Shown here in pieces: positions 1-13,240 of a stretch of DNA of 64,000 bases. The notes beneath the pieces were generated by a model, which had not been told where the DNA came from, did not search any database, and was given only the letters and a program-made list of their open reading frames with translations. The stretch lies in the NCBI RefSeq assembly GCF_009914755.1, contig NC_060936.1. One strand, 5' to 3'. Numbering within the stretch: position 1 is the first letter of the stretch; each line of letters begins with the position of its first letter. A program made the position numbers and the translations under genes. Source of the DNA: the human T2T-CHM13v2.0 reference genome, Homo sapiens.

Positions 1-250
1 CGAGACCACTCTGACCAACATAGTGAAACCCCACCTCTACTAAAAATACAAAAATTAGCTGGGTGTGGCCGCGCATGCCTGCAATCCCAGCTACTCCAGA
101 GGCTGAGGCACAAGAATCCCTTGAACCCAGGAGGCGGAGGGTTCAACATCCCTCCGCCTGTGGACCAACATAGCGCCACTGCACTCCAGCCTGGTGGCAG
201 AGCAAGACTTCATTTCAAAAAAAAAAAAAAAGAAAGAAAGAAAGAAAAAA
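1..250 (+). mobile_element. Alu (AluS-like), 5' part cut by the window edge, A/GAAA-rich tail
   Basis: Alu linker TACTAAAAATACAAAAATTAGC, right arm and A tail from about 217. Atypical segment at 139-173. Confidence 0.95.
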
Positions 251-3200
251 AGAGGTTAAGAAAAAAAAGGAGGTAGAACCCTGTAAGTTCAGATCTCTAA
301 ATAACGCTTTGGATGAATCACAGACCTACAAATGAGATAGCCTTTCTCCTCTCCTGATTCCTTCCTGAATTCCCTCACTTCCAACAGTTTAATTGGTGTT
401 GAAGTAAGAAAAAATGTCTTAAGCTACCAGAGAATACAAACTGCGTATCAAACTAAAGTCCGCTCATCCCTATGACTACTGTATTATTTTTAAGCTATGT
501 ACATAGGATATCATAAAAACATACAGTAGTTGAATGACATGTAGCTGAGCATCAGAGATACAATCAGGTCTTTGTTTTGGGGTGTTTTGTTTTTACTTAT
601 AATGAACTTTAAGAAATAGAAAATGAATGGACTTATACTTGTAGAATTCAATGCCACCATCACTAGTACTCCCCAAGATACATTTTTATGGCTCAATTTT
701 GAAGGATGGTTATTTAATGGTTATTTACATGCATTCAAATTTTTCCTAATTTTGTCAATATGCTGCCCCTACTGAATGTTATCCTTAATTGCAAGTAAAA
801 TCATTAGTTGCCTATAAGGTATGATTTGAGTAGTCCTGAAAAAGTCCTCATGCATGTAAATATTTCCTCCTGGCAGCTTTCCTTGTTACCTGTAATTGCA
901 ACAAGTTTATCTCTATGGAATTAGACGATCATAATAAACTGCCAAAATAACAGTAATATCATCTAGTTTGAGAATTAAACCATAATGAACTATTAGCAAC
1001 TTTAAAATAATTAGCTTATGAGCCAGAGGTTAAATGGGGCAAATGAGGCAGGAATTCAGAAGGGCCCATCAAAGCAAAATGGACTGTCAAGGGCCCATCC
1101 TGAAGGTCAGGGTCCTCGCTGGTAAAGCCTTCAAAAGTCCCGTGTAGGCAGATAAAGGAGCAGGGCTTTGGAGGAAACAACCCCCCGCGAAATTCCGCTA
1201 ACTCATAGTTAGCCTACCTTTGACCCTGACTCAATTTTAAAGACAAGGAAATTGAATTTGGTAAAATTTATTAAATAGTCCTACAGAAATGTCCCCATAT
1301 GGCCTGGCTAAAACAAACTAAAAGTGCCTGATTGTCTGCCCTTCTACTGAGCCTTAAGCACTCCATTTCTCCCCTCTTAAATATCAAAATTCATTATATT
1401 TAAGCAAAAGGTTAGATCTTTGCTTCATATTTTTAAAAACTTCACTTTACTCCTTTATTAATGGCAACTTTTCATGCAAACGAACTCTTGGTTAATTTAA
1501 GATCTTGAAATTACTTCTCCACATCAGAAATCCCTCTCATAAATATTAGGTATGAGTGATTATTTACGTTACATCACACACACAAAGTAAACAACAAAGA
1601 CCCCACTCACATTTGAGAATCATTTACTATTCCAACTCCCCAAGCTCCCCCAAATGGGAAATGGAATAACCAGACTGATCATAATTGGATTAAGAACCAT
1701 AATTCTTTAATTCATTCATCAAATTGAGGCATTTGGAACAGTTTATTTACAGAGTTGTTTAGACAGTTTTGTGTGGTGTTTTTTAAGATAAACCAAAATG
1801 CCTTTCTGAAATAAGTTTCAGATCCCAAATCATTAACATATGAAAACCAAATGCAGACAATTTACAAATGGGTGTTTTAAAACAATGTTTGGAACAAAAT
1901 TGGACTTTTATTTCATTAACTATCTACAAATCTAAGTTCAGGATATAGTTTATTTGAAACAGCCAAGCACTTTCTTCGCCTTTAAAATAAATCTTCATTT
2001 CTCAGACTAAAAATTTTTGACCAGTGCATGAGGGAATGCATTTGACTTCAGGCCTAGACAAATAAGTTTCCAGGTTACTCTCAAAACTCCAATTATAGCA
2101 TTCTCTACCACTGAAGTTGATTGGATATTGGGTGAATCATCCAGGTTATGCCAATCAATTATATCCAACAATTATACCTGCTGGAAATCTAAACAGTATT
2201 CAACATTAGAACTCTCCGTTATTTGAAATCCAGTGTATTTTAGGAGATTAGGAAACATAAATTTTGTCCTGTAAGTTTTACTTTTTTATATAATCTGAAC
2301 ATACCCTCAAATCAATGATTACTTATCACTCAGAAAAAGAACAGAGCTTTTCAAGAAGGTAGTACATACTGTAAGCATTAGATCATATTTTAAACTTGCT
2401 TTGTAAGTAAAAAAAAAAAAATTCTTTAAGCATTTAAATTCATTCCTTTAACTGGAAAAGGTAAATTTAGAAATTTAAATTCTCCTTATCACTCATAACT
2501 CACCCCCACTGAGGACAACCAAAAAGATGACAACATACCTGAGTATAAACTTCACTCTTTTGCTATTTACTATTTATATACTCCACAGATAGCATCTTTC
2601 CAAGTGTATATTCATTTTTTTTCTTTTACCAAACCACGTGTCAGTCTAAACAGGATGTGCACTTACATGTATAGAACTAACTTAATTTGAATTAGCCATT
2701 GGACCTCAAATGCCTAGTTATTTACCAAACAGGTTTTGGAGTTTTGAATTCTATATACAACATGCCATTCAACCAGAACTGTTTAAGCTCAACAACAAAA
2801 CTAATACAAGCTTTCCGTATTAAGAATTGAAGTTTTTCCTGTATTAAGAGTTTACACTTGCAAGTCTGTGTCAGATTGGATCAATACTACCCACTCAAAA
2901 AGGCTACAAAATGAATTTTTTTAAACCCACAGCAAGAAAAAACTGTTGATTCTTCAGGAACAAGGTTGTTAGAAGAGAGATCACTGGAAAGAAAAGGGGG
3001 AAAAAAGAAAGAATTTCAAGCAAGTATGCTACTATGTAATTAACACAAATAACTAAATAATTATGCACATCCCTTCCCACCCCCACAATTAAATGTTTTT
3101 AAACAACTCATGTGATGAAAGATCTACCTTTTAGGCAAACAAAAGCAATCCCTAGCAGTTTAAGGATTTAAGGCTGTATTGCATCAGTTTTAAGTGATGC

Positions 3201-5154
3201 TTATGATTTTTATCTTGTATAGTTCTGAGGAATAAACAGTTGATGGCATAATTTGCAGGAGAACTTTGCACAGTGCCTAAAAGAACTTCCACTGTAAGTA
3301 CTTATGATTTTAAATCATTGTGGCTGAATTTATCTAGGCTTCTGCCTGGGAGCTATATTTAAATCAGGAAGAAGCACCCCTAGAAACTTTGTTCCATGTA
3401 TCTGCATTTGAAACCAGATTCCTTCCCTATCTGAGCTAACAGCAATTCTCATACAGCTGAATTCCTTTAAAATTAGACAGATCAAAATTTAGCAGTTCTG
3501 TAAAGGCTCTAAGAAATCGTCCTCCTTTTAAATGCTATAAAAGTCAAACTTGAAAAACATTTCCGTATACTTTAAAGCCATCTGGCCCTTAACCTAATCA
3601 CTCTTGGCCATCGAGCCTCACTCCCGTAATCCTGATCAAAAATTTTCCTCTGGTTTTTCTGATGGAAATGTCCATTGCCTACAAATCTCACATGTGCCTA
3701 CTTCATTGGCCTGTTTGTGTCTGTGTGTGTGTTTTCAGGGTACTAGGGGCCATTATTTATGAAAAGCAAGGAAACAAATCACTGTCCAGTCCCTTTGCAG
3801 ATTCCCACACTTACTGCCCCAAATCCCACAGATTTCCCTTGGTCCTGCCCTTGGCTAAAGAACTCTGCTGAGCCAGAAGGCAGTCCCTGGGGACACCTCC
3901 TTATGCCTTCCTTGACAAAGTCCTTTGGCTATCTGGGTATGTGAGGATCTCAAGTGGGTTCCAGCAAATCCCTAAACTTTTGTAAGAAAGTACAGTTGAC
4001 TGCCACCCAGAGTGCCTGGACTGCCTGGCACCGAGTGTAGGGCTCTGCATATTCACAGGATTCCTCGTCTTGACCTGCTTTAGCTGAGAAGGGAACACAT
4101 TAAAATGAATTCACATTCATCATCACATTCTGAATTTAGTCACAGAAACCAGCGTCTTCAGATATTCACCAGGGTCAATCTATTTATTAATATAGTCGCT
4201 TTGCAAAGTGTAGGGAAAATGACTAATAAAATATGTAAACAGTGCTTCGTGTGCATCCGATCAATACTCAACAAACTGCTGCTCTCCAACGCAAACATTT
4301 CCAAATCCAATTTGATTTCAACTCGTATAACCTCTTTTCATTGCTTCTTATTGCTGTAGCCCCAAAGTGCAAGCGAGATTTCCCAAACCCGCGCTTAAAG
4401 TGACACAACACGTGAGTGGTCTTCACTTGGTACACTGAGTGAGGTGGGGGGAAAAAGTAGTTGCAATTAGAATTAAAGCTTCCGGTCTCTGAAATCCCTA
4501 GAATCCTGAAGGATGAGACTTGTTTCAGAAATTCCGGGCGGGAGGGAGGAGGAGTGGTAGGGAGAAGGATTGCAGAAAGCGAAACAAAAAGACGAAAGAG
4601 TCGGGAGGTGGGGGTGACTAAGGTTAGGGGGTGGGCCAGGGGTCGCTCTGATATCCTAGAAGGGTTAAGGGGCTTTGTCCAACTTTTAGGGTCTGGCCTT
4701 GGACATTGGCCGCGATGCCCAGCACAGCCCAGGGTTCTCCCCGCACTCTCCTCTCGCATCAACCACCTCCACCGCCACCACTTACAAAACAATACCAGCA
4801 ACAGTACGCAGGCTTCCCAACAAAAATAGAAAGTTATCCCGTCTCCGGGTCGGGGTCCAAGCCGGCGCTCCAGGGTCCCCCGGCCAGCCGCCCCCGGGGA
4901 TGACAGGGCCACTCCGCGCCTCGGGCCGCCTCCCACCTCTCCGTCACCCCCAGCCCAGTCCCCCTCCCTCTGTACTTGAGGAAACTCCGGCGGCGGCCCC
5001 CTCCCTCCTCCGCGGCTCTCCAGCTGGAGCCGGGAAGGAGTGCTGAGTGGCGGGCCCGGCGAGCGGCAGAGGGGAGCTCTGCGCCTTGGAGGTCTGCCCA
5101 CAACAACATCGGGACGAACAACAAAGTTAAAACGCAGCGATTCACGCACCTTAC

Positions 5155-5423
5155 CCGGTCTCGTTAATGCCTCCTCCGGCGTGGGATGCAAAGTGGCACA
5201 GAGGCGGGCTGGGGGCCCCCGGGAGGAGACTGGAGATGGGTTTTGGTGGCTCGCCTTTTTCACTCTGTGTGTGTGTGTCTGTGTGTGTGCGTGTGTGCCG
5301 GTGTGTGTGTGTGTGCGCGCGCGTGTCCCTCTCTCTCCCCCCGTCTCTCGCTCGCCCGCTCGCTCGCGCTCCCCGTGTTGCTCTCAAGGACGAGGTGAAA
5401 TCCCTTTGCTGGTCATGAGGCGG
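5155..5423 (-). other. Candidate non-coding 5' exon of an unidentified minus-strand gene
   Basis: Donor CGG|GTAAGG at 5155/5154. Upstream pyrimidine-rich tract ends TCTCTGAAG|CCG (AG at 5425-5424). Transcription could also start inside this interval. Confidence 0.6.
5265..5325. repeat. Imperfect (TG)n/(CG)n microsatellite
   Basis: Seen directly. Confidence 0.9.
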
Positions 5424-6191
5424 CTTCAGAGACAAACAACACAATGCGAGTGCAAATAACAAAAGGCAAAAAGACAGTAGGAACAATGGGGGAGGCGAGG
5501 GCAGCGCACCAGCCGGCGGTCACCGCGGCCCGGCGCCCGCCCCGGGGGGTGCGGCGGGGGCGGGGGGGGGCGCGGGGGCGGTGCCGGGGGCTCCCGCTCC
5601 CTCCAGGTCGCCCCCGAGCTCCCGCAAGCCCACCCTGACCTCCTTCTTGCAGCTCGCCGCCCGGCCGCCCTCTCTATCCATCCGAAGGGAAGGAGCCCCA
5701 GAGTTTTCTTCCCCGTCTGCTGCAGAGTAACTAGATTGTAAATAACGCGGCGATTACCCACACCGTGCAGGAATTTTTTTTTTATCTGCCCTCCACTTAA
5801 AGGAGCGATAAAAATGAAATGGCAGGAGTGGAAGGAGCCAGGGAGAGCGGGATATCTCTAGATCTCGATGGAGCTCGCATCTATAAATACGCATTCATGT
5901 TTAGTCAAGTCCCTTTGTCAACTTCTTCCCGGCGCCTGAGCCTCAGCCGCTGCTCTGCGCCCAGGACCTGGCCCCTCCCGGCCCCCTAGTCCAGTGGTCA
6001 GGCGGTCGGGCCGGCAGGGAGGGCGCGCGCGGGGGGCTGCGGGGTCCGTGGAACCTTTCCGGGAGGCGAGCCGCGGGCTGCTGGGCGCGGAGGCTGGAGC
6101 CGCGAGAGGTTCGGCTGCTGAAGCGGCCACTGCCTCCCAGAGCCAGGCTCCGCGCCGCGCGTCCCCGCCGCCGCCGGCACTGTGCACCCAC

Positions 6192-6310
6192 CTACTCCTC
6201 GGAGATTGGGGTAGGGGAAAAAAGTTTTGAGGCGCTCTCATCTCTGCCTCCGGGGTGGTTGAACTGGTTTGGTTTTGTGTTAAGCGAAGCCAAAAAAAAA
6301 AAAAAAATCA

Positions 6311-6348
<38 letters not shown>

Positions 6349-6360
6349 ACACACACACCC
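6192..6360 (-). other. Candidate alternative upstream first exon
   Basis: Donor TAG|GTGGGT at 6192/6191 inside the CpG island. The 5' boundary is unknown. Confidence 0.35.
6312..6358. repeat. (CA)n microsatellite, preceded by a poly(A) run
   Basis: Seen directly. Confidence 0.95.
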
Positions 6361-6676
6361 CAACCCAATGCCCAAGAACCAGGGAATGAAATTTAGTGAT
6401 ATTTAGGGAGAAATAAGGCTGGGCGCTGGGCTCCGACTCTTTCTGCCGCGACACTTGAGTGGGCGCGTGGAGCCGAGAGAGACCCTCAGAGTCCCATCCC
6501 CATCAGAAGAAACTCCGTCGGTGATGCCCTGAGCAGAAGCTGTGGGGCTGATTTAAGTGTGTGCTCTGACAGCTCCCGGGCTGCTCCGGCGCTTATCTCT
6601 TCTAATCTTACTTTCATTGACTTAAAACAGCTGCCGGTTTGCCAGGGGAAAAAAATCCTATTAAATCTCAAACCAG

Positions 6677-6695
6677 GGTGGGGCGGGGGCGGGGG
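6677..6695 (+). promoter_or_regulatory. Tandem GC boxes (Sp/KLF-type)
   Basis: GGGTGGGGCGGGGGCGGGG. Confidence 0.55.
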
Positions 6696-7914
6696 TTCCT
6701 GACAGTGATCTTCCCAGAGCTAGTGTCCAGAAAAGAGCAGGGGGAAGGGAGAGCATTCACGGGGGTGGCTGCGTGTTGGGAAGGGGGTGATGGAAAGGGG
6801 ACTAAGGAAACAATTCGAGCAACACGTTTCTTTTCCTCGCTGTAGCCTTCTCTCCTTTTGCTTTTATGCCGAGGTGCGTGTTCTCTGTCCCCATCTCTGT
6901 AATTCTCTGCAGACGCGCAACCATGGACTGCGCCGCGTCCCTGGGCACCCCCAGCATTACCCAGAGTGCAACAACACCATCAGGAGATCAATGACCAGAC
7001 TCTATTTATTCTTCACGCGCCTAGAAGAGCAGGACTCCGGAGGAGCTTGGGAGCGAGGCTCGGGGCTTGGCTGTCTCTGGGCGATCTCTCCCAGACTTTT
7101 TCGGGCTGATTTCTAAACGGCAGTTAGTAAGCAAATGTAATTTCTCAATGCATGCCACACATACCAATCACAATATATTCACCTAGGAAAGTGAGACATC
7201 CTTTCTACCCCTTTCCACCCTTTGTAGATTTGTTTCTGGAGGTGGGTTGCTAATACCTGAGATTTTACACTTGTCAAGGGCGGAAACTTTCCCGGGTATT
7301 TGATGATTGATTATGTGGTACCTGTTTTCTAAAAACGGCTAAACACCTTTCCCTGGAACAAAAGTGAGAAATGTAAATCTTAATAACTCAAGGCAAAAAT
7401 TTCAAAGTGTAAGCACAGCTATTATCCACTCCCACAAAGAAAAGCTTCCTCTTACACAAATATTTGATAGCATAGAGCCCAGTAATTAAGAGAACAATCA
7501 AATAAGCTCAGGGCTTTCGTGGGGACTTTAAATTATCATCTGCCTAGAATTTATAAGCAGTGCAATCATTTGCTGCTTGGATATAACTCTGGATATGGCA
7601 ATCTAAATGTCCATCCTTAAGCAATTTTACTATGTGTTCCTAAGTATTTAATGAGAGAGATGGATAATAATAATATTCAAATTGCTGGTTCAATGTAGCT
7701 TCATCAACTGTGTGAAAAAATTGTGTGTGTGTGTGCATGAAACACATTTCCTATATGTTTCCTTTCCTTACATTTTCTCTACCATGCAAGTTTCACATCA
7801 GAGCCACTTGCACATATGGCATAAGAATTCGTTGATGATCGTACTCCACCTTAAATTTAAGTGTTACTTTTATTCTAAGAGTTCCCAGTGTATGTTGAAT
7901 GGTTTCTTCTCTTT

Positions 7915-7950
7915 TTGTTGTTGTTGTTGTTGTCGTTGTTGTTGTTTGTT
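7915..7950. repeat. (TTG)n simple repeat
   Basis: Seen directly. Confidence 0.85.
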
Positions 7951-8617
7951 GAATGGTTTATTCTCATAATACATATGTAGTTGCTTTACAAAGTTAGCTA
8001 TTACTATGTCAGGCCCAGTTCCTTAAATACTGTGCAAGAAGCAAACAGGGCCCAACTACAAAACAAGTTGCCTCTCGCTACTACTTATATGAACATACTT
8101 AACGTTTGAAAAGGGATTGTCATTTACAGTGAACATCTGCTGGGTCGTAATCCCTTTCTCTCAGACAACACCCAGGGAAGAAAAAGTCTTCTGGCACCTG
8201 GCCAGTAGGTTACGAACCTACCTGCTTGGCCTAACCCCACCAAGCAAAGCAGTGCCACCTCCGCAGATTTTCAGCCTCTACTGCTTCTTGAGTGTAACCG
8301 TTTCTGGGGCCACTAGGCTTCCTACTGGCAGAAGAAGGGAAGCCAGAGGGAGAGAAGGCACAAAGTTCCAAAACTGCCTAGTGAGATACTGGTGAAACTT
8401 GAATTACACCAATCTCTTTCCTCCTTTCGTTCCTACAGGCAGCATAACTTCCAACCACATATAGTTATTGAAACCACATGCCCTTAAGACTAAACCATGA
8501 TCATTATACAGCAACAGCATAGCTGATCAAAAACTTCCAGTGGGATGTTTGTTTGTGTTGGGCTTAAAAAAAAATACCCTAATTTGTAGCGGGACTGACA
8601 CATTAAAGATCAGCGTT

Positions 8618-8865
8618 TCCATTTATTAAGCATTTGCTATGTACCAGGATGTTGGCCAAATGCTTTTTTAAAAATGTATTTTGTGTCTCCTTCTCACCAC
8701 AAACTTGCAAGAAATTTTACATCCCTGTTCTTCAGATGAGAAAACTAAAGCTCAGAAAGGTTAAATGACTTGTCCAAGACCATGCAGTTTTTAAGTGATT
8801 GACCCAGGATGCAAATCCAGACTTGTCCAGTGTCATGCTTGAGCTTTTTCACTTCACCTTGATGC
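8618..8865 (-). mobile_element. MIR SINE
   Basis: MIR core CAGATGAGAAAACTAAAGCTCAGAAAGGTTAAATGACTTGTCCAAG. Confidence 0.8.
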
Positions 8866-9214
8866 CATGTACATGTTATATTAGGGCCAGTTTTCAGTGG
8901 CAAGTATTATTTCATTAAATAGATAGATATAAAATATCAAATGTATACTATGTTCATGCCAGTCATCAGCTATGTTGGTATCCACACTCGTGTTGGTCAT
9001 TAGATAACTGAAATTTCCAAGAAAATCGAAATGTGCTATACATGGAGTGTACGTGTGTGTGTGTGCGTGTGTATGTATATATATGACATTTATATATATT
9101 TTATGTGTATGAAATTGTCTTATTTTGGAGGCAAGGCGATTATGTATTATATATATATATACATATGTATGTATCCATATGATGTATATAAAAATGCATA
9201 CAATATATTGTTAA

Positions 9215-9475
9215 GTAGCTACAATTTTTGAATTCCTATCATTTTACAGGCATTATTCTAGGTGTTTTATGTATATAAACGTATTTAATCCTCACAGCCA
9301 CTCCATGAGGTACATAATTTTATTGTATCATTTTACAGATAAGGAAACTGAAGCACTGAGAGGTTATGTAACTAACTTGCCCGAGGTTATACGAATAGCA
9401 GGTGAAAGAGCCTGGCTTCAAACCCAGGTAATCTGGCTTCCAGACCCATTCCCTAACCACTCCGCTATACTGCCT
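9215..9475 (-). mobile_element. MIR SINE
   Basis: MIR core TTTTACAGATAAGGAAACTGAAGCAC...ACTTGCCCGAGGT. Confidence 0.85.
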
Positions 9476-9904
9476 TTCAATATATGCACCCAGATGTATA
9501 CATAATATGCATACATAAATTTATGGGCAGATATATACCATATGCAGCTCTCAAAATATGGGGGAAATAAAAGCATATAACTGACCTCTGTATCATTTCC
9601 ATCATCATATTCTAGTTGCCTCCCAAGGCAACAAGAAATATTATTGATAGGAGAGGGCTTTACACTGCCCACAGTATTCAAGATTCTCTAATAAGTTTTG
9701 AGTCCATCTCAATCCCTCCAACGTATTTGGAGATATTCATGGACTGCTAGGAGATATTAGGAGTATACAATGTTTGACCTTAGCCTATTTTCATAAGGCT
9801 CATTTTGAATTTATTCGGTCATATACATTAAAAATAGCAGAGACAAGTTACTTGGGAATCCTAAAGAAGAAAGAGGGATCTTAATAAGTATGAAATCCTG
9901 TGAC

Positions 9905-10268
<364 letters not shown>

Positions 10269-13240
10269 TTAATGGTTATGAATTATCCATTTTTATATTT
10301 TTCTAAATTAGGGTAGTTTGTCAACCCTTACTCTGTTAGTAAGAGAGTAACATATAACGTTACGATGTCAATTTTAAGTTTAGCAGTTATGGGCCCAAAC
10401 ACTGATACCCTTCAAAGGAACCTTAAAATACTTTTTTATAAGAGTCCCCGATGAGACAGGTTTATTTACCTGTCTCGTCAAATGCAATGTCCATATCAAA
10501 TTTTGAAAGTGAGCTTCTCAAAACCAGCCAGTGTTGAAAAAGTATTTTGAGATCTTCTTCTCTTGCTCCTTCTCTTCTAAAATATTTAAGGGATTATCTA
10601 AGGAAGGAGAAATAACTGACAATAATCTTCCTTAGGCATTCTTAATCCCCATAACATCTGAGATATAGACATCGAAACTATTAACTTTCCTGGGTCTACT
10701 GTACCTCTTCGGAAAAACTGAAAAAGGCACCCTATACCTAACAGATGCCACACATTAAGCTCTTACTGAAAAAAAAAAACAAAACAAAACAAAACTTTTA
10801 AAGCCCTATTACAGATACATATGTTTTCATTTAAAAACTACTATGAAATCGAGTGTTCTTTTATTTAAACATCCCCCTGTGGTTCTACAAATTAAGGATC
10901 GGTAGTACTATATTAACAACGGAGAGCCAAAACCAACTGAACTGGTGAAAAACAGTTGGTAAAACTGCCAACACTGGTTTTGTTGCCGACGTTGACTGAA
11001 ATGGGAGGCAGCATATATACTAAAGAATGAATTCTAGTTTTTAAAACTTTCCGATTTTGGTATGCATTTAGAATAAACTCCTCTTTAGCCACAGTTTTGA
11101 AAAGTGGAAATAATGTATAAAACCCAGATACTTTGCACAACCAAAACCACAGTCACATTGCTCTTATTATAAGTGAAAAGTGTTTATTACTCTGATTGTT
11201 AAATTTTTTCCTTCCTGGGAGAAAAACCAGACGGAAAAACAAAATTGGTTCTATTCAAGTGAAACAACACACAGTCGCCACATCTTGTCTCTTAATTTAC
11301 TGGTTTTCAGTTCTACTTCTTTCCTTTAATTTTAAAAAATGAGTATATAATGTGGGGGAAGTAGTTTTACACGTGTACTTTTTTTCAATATGTGCATTTG
11401 TTTCAGACTTAGCTTACACAATATATTCTGTGTTCTCAGTTGCTATAAAATGTTATCATAAATATATAGAGGAGGTTTATATGCAATGAGATACCTTGAT
11501 TTTATTTATAAAGAAAAGAGGAATGATTCATATGCTTCGCTGCTTCAAAACTGGTAACAGAACTAATTGTCAAGCAGGGAAATAATATTTTAAGCTTGGG
11601 TCCCAGTAGGGTTTAGGTATTTGGGTCTGTGAACTCATGATAACTCCTGTTTCTGTTACTTCTTTATAATTTTTGGTATCAAATATAATTTTGGTGGTAC
11701 CAAATTTTTGCAACATGGTATCACCAATTGCATTATATGATATGTGAAATATGGTGAACAAATGAAAGCTCAAGAAAAGCACATAAAACAAAGAGGGTGT
11801 TTAAAAATATCACTTAAACAAATGTCCTTCTTATTTGAATCTCAGAAAATTATTTGAAGAGCAAATACATTTTTAGTCTCTAAGTATCTGGGACTTCTAA
11901 CCCCTACTTTCTTATGATGCTCATCAAATTCAGAACTTCATTCATGGGTTGATTTTTTAAAAAAGAATAAATTAAGTGTTTCCATTCAGACTAAACTGTT
12001 TTGCACGCACAAAATGGCTACTATCCAGGTAGTTTTGCTCCAGGACAGAGTAATCAATTGGATCACTACTCCACTGACCAGATTTGGTCATGAACCACTT
12101 CTATTTCAGCCATCTCTTTGACCATGGGACAGGTCCAGTAAATTTTCAGCTATATTTAATATTTTTTACCTAAGCAAGTAAATGATCAAACTCTTATATA
12201 ATAAAAAATATTTGAATCCTGCTGGCAGCTTCTGAATGCTGAGTGTTTACCTGGACATAGGGGCTAACAATGCACTTTTCTGCCTTCCTACGGCAGGAAA
12301 TTATAACATAGAAAGCCTTGTAAATTTTCCAATCCAAAAAAAAAAAAAACTGAAGGAAATAGTGACAAGATTTATCCAAAACAAGATGAGGGGCAAGGGA
12401 CATAAATGATAGGGACATAGACAATACCATAAATGAGTATGGTATTGTCTGTGGAAATAAAAATTGCTTTAAGTTGGTTATCCAATAATATACATAGCTG
12501 AAAGATCTAAGAATGTTGAATTGGCTTGAAAGAAAATGAGAAGAAATCCTCAAAGTAACATCTAATAAAGGCTATTTTTGCAAGGTCTAGGTCTACATGC
12601 ACAAAACACAAGAGAATCTGGATTACACAGAAAAACAACAAAACTGACTAAACCATTGGAAATAGAACCAACAGGGAAGGAGGAGACAGATGAAGCGTGA
12701 TTGAATGACTTCTCTGCAAATCGTTTGAGATAAAGGTATTAACCAGCTGTTCTCCAACTTCAAAGAGAATAGAACTAGACATAATGCAGAGCCTGGAATA
12801 GAAGGTAGAAGACCCGGAGGTGAATTCCAGCTTATTGGAAATAAGAGTTATGGATCTTTGTTACAGTTTTAAATTAAAATAACTGTGAAAATGAGACAAA
12901 AGGATAAGAGATCAGGGGAATAAAATGGAGCCACAAAATGTACATCCCACTTTAAAATTCTGTATCCTTATTAACATGATTTATAGAAGACCTAGTTGTG
13001 CCAGGGACTGTGCTAGATTTGAGCCACACATTTCACTTCAACCTCTCTAGCAGCCAAAAGGAAGAAAAAGTGTCCATTTCAATATTTACAATTGTTAGGG
13101 AGAAGCCCAATTATTCCTGAAACTAAGACCAAACCAGAACATTTTACTGGGGGCCTTCTCAAGGACACTGAGTAACATTAAGACAAACTTTCTATCAGTG
13201 AAAACAGTAAAGAGTTTCTGAGGACCATTTCTTAGATTCC

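Larger units (their letters stand above)
4650..7100. promoter_or_regulatory. CpG island promoter region
   Basis: Sharp rise in GC and CpG relative to AT-rich flanks, free of TEs, GC boxes at 6677-6695, G-runs at 5543-5590. Confidence 0.92.

Noticed and set aside
4268-5263. 331-aa minus-strand ORF and other ORFs overlapping the CpG island
   Set aside because: Low-complexity Pro/Arg/Gly translations expected in GC-rich DNA. It has a non-ATG start, no recognisable domain, and crosses the candidate splice donor.
4650-7100. Naming the promoter's gene
   Set aside because: There is no coding exon in the window and I do not confidently recognise the leader. A genome alignment is needed.
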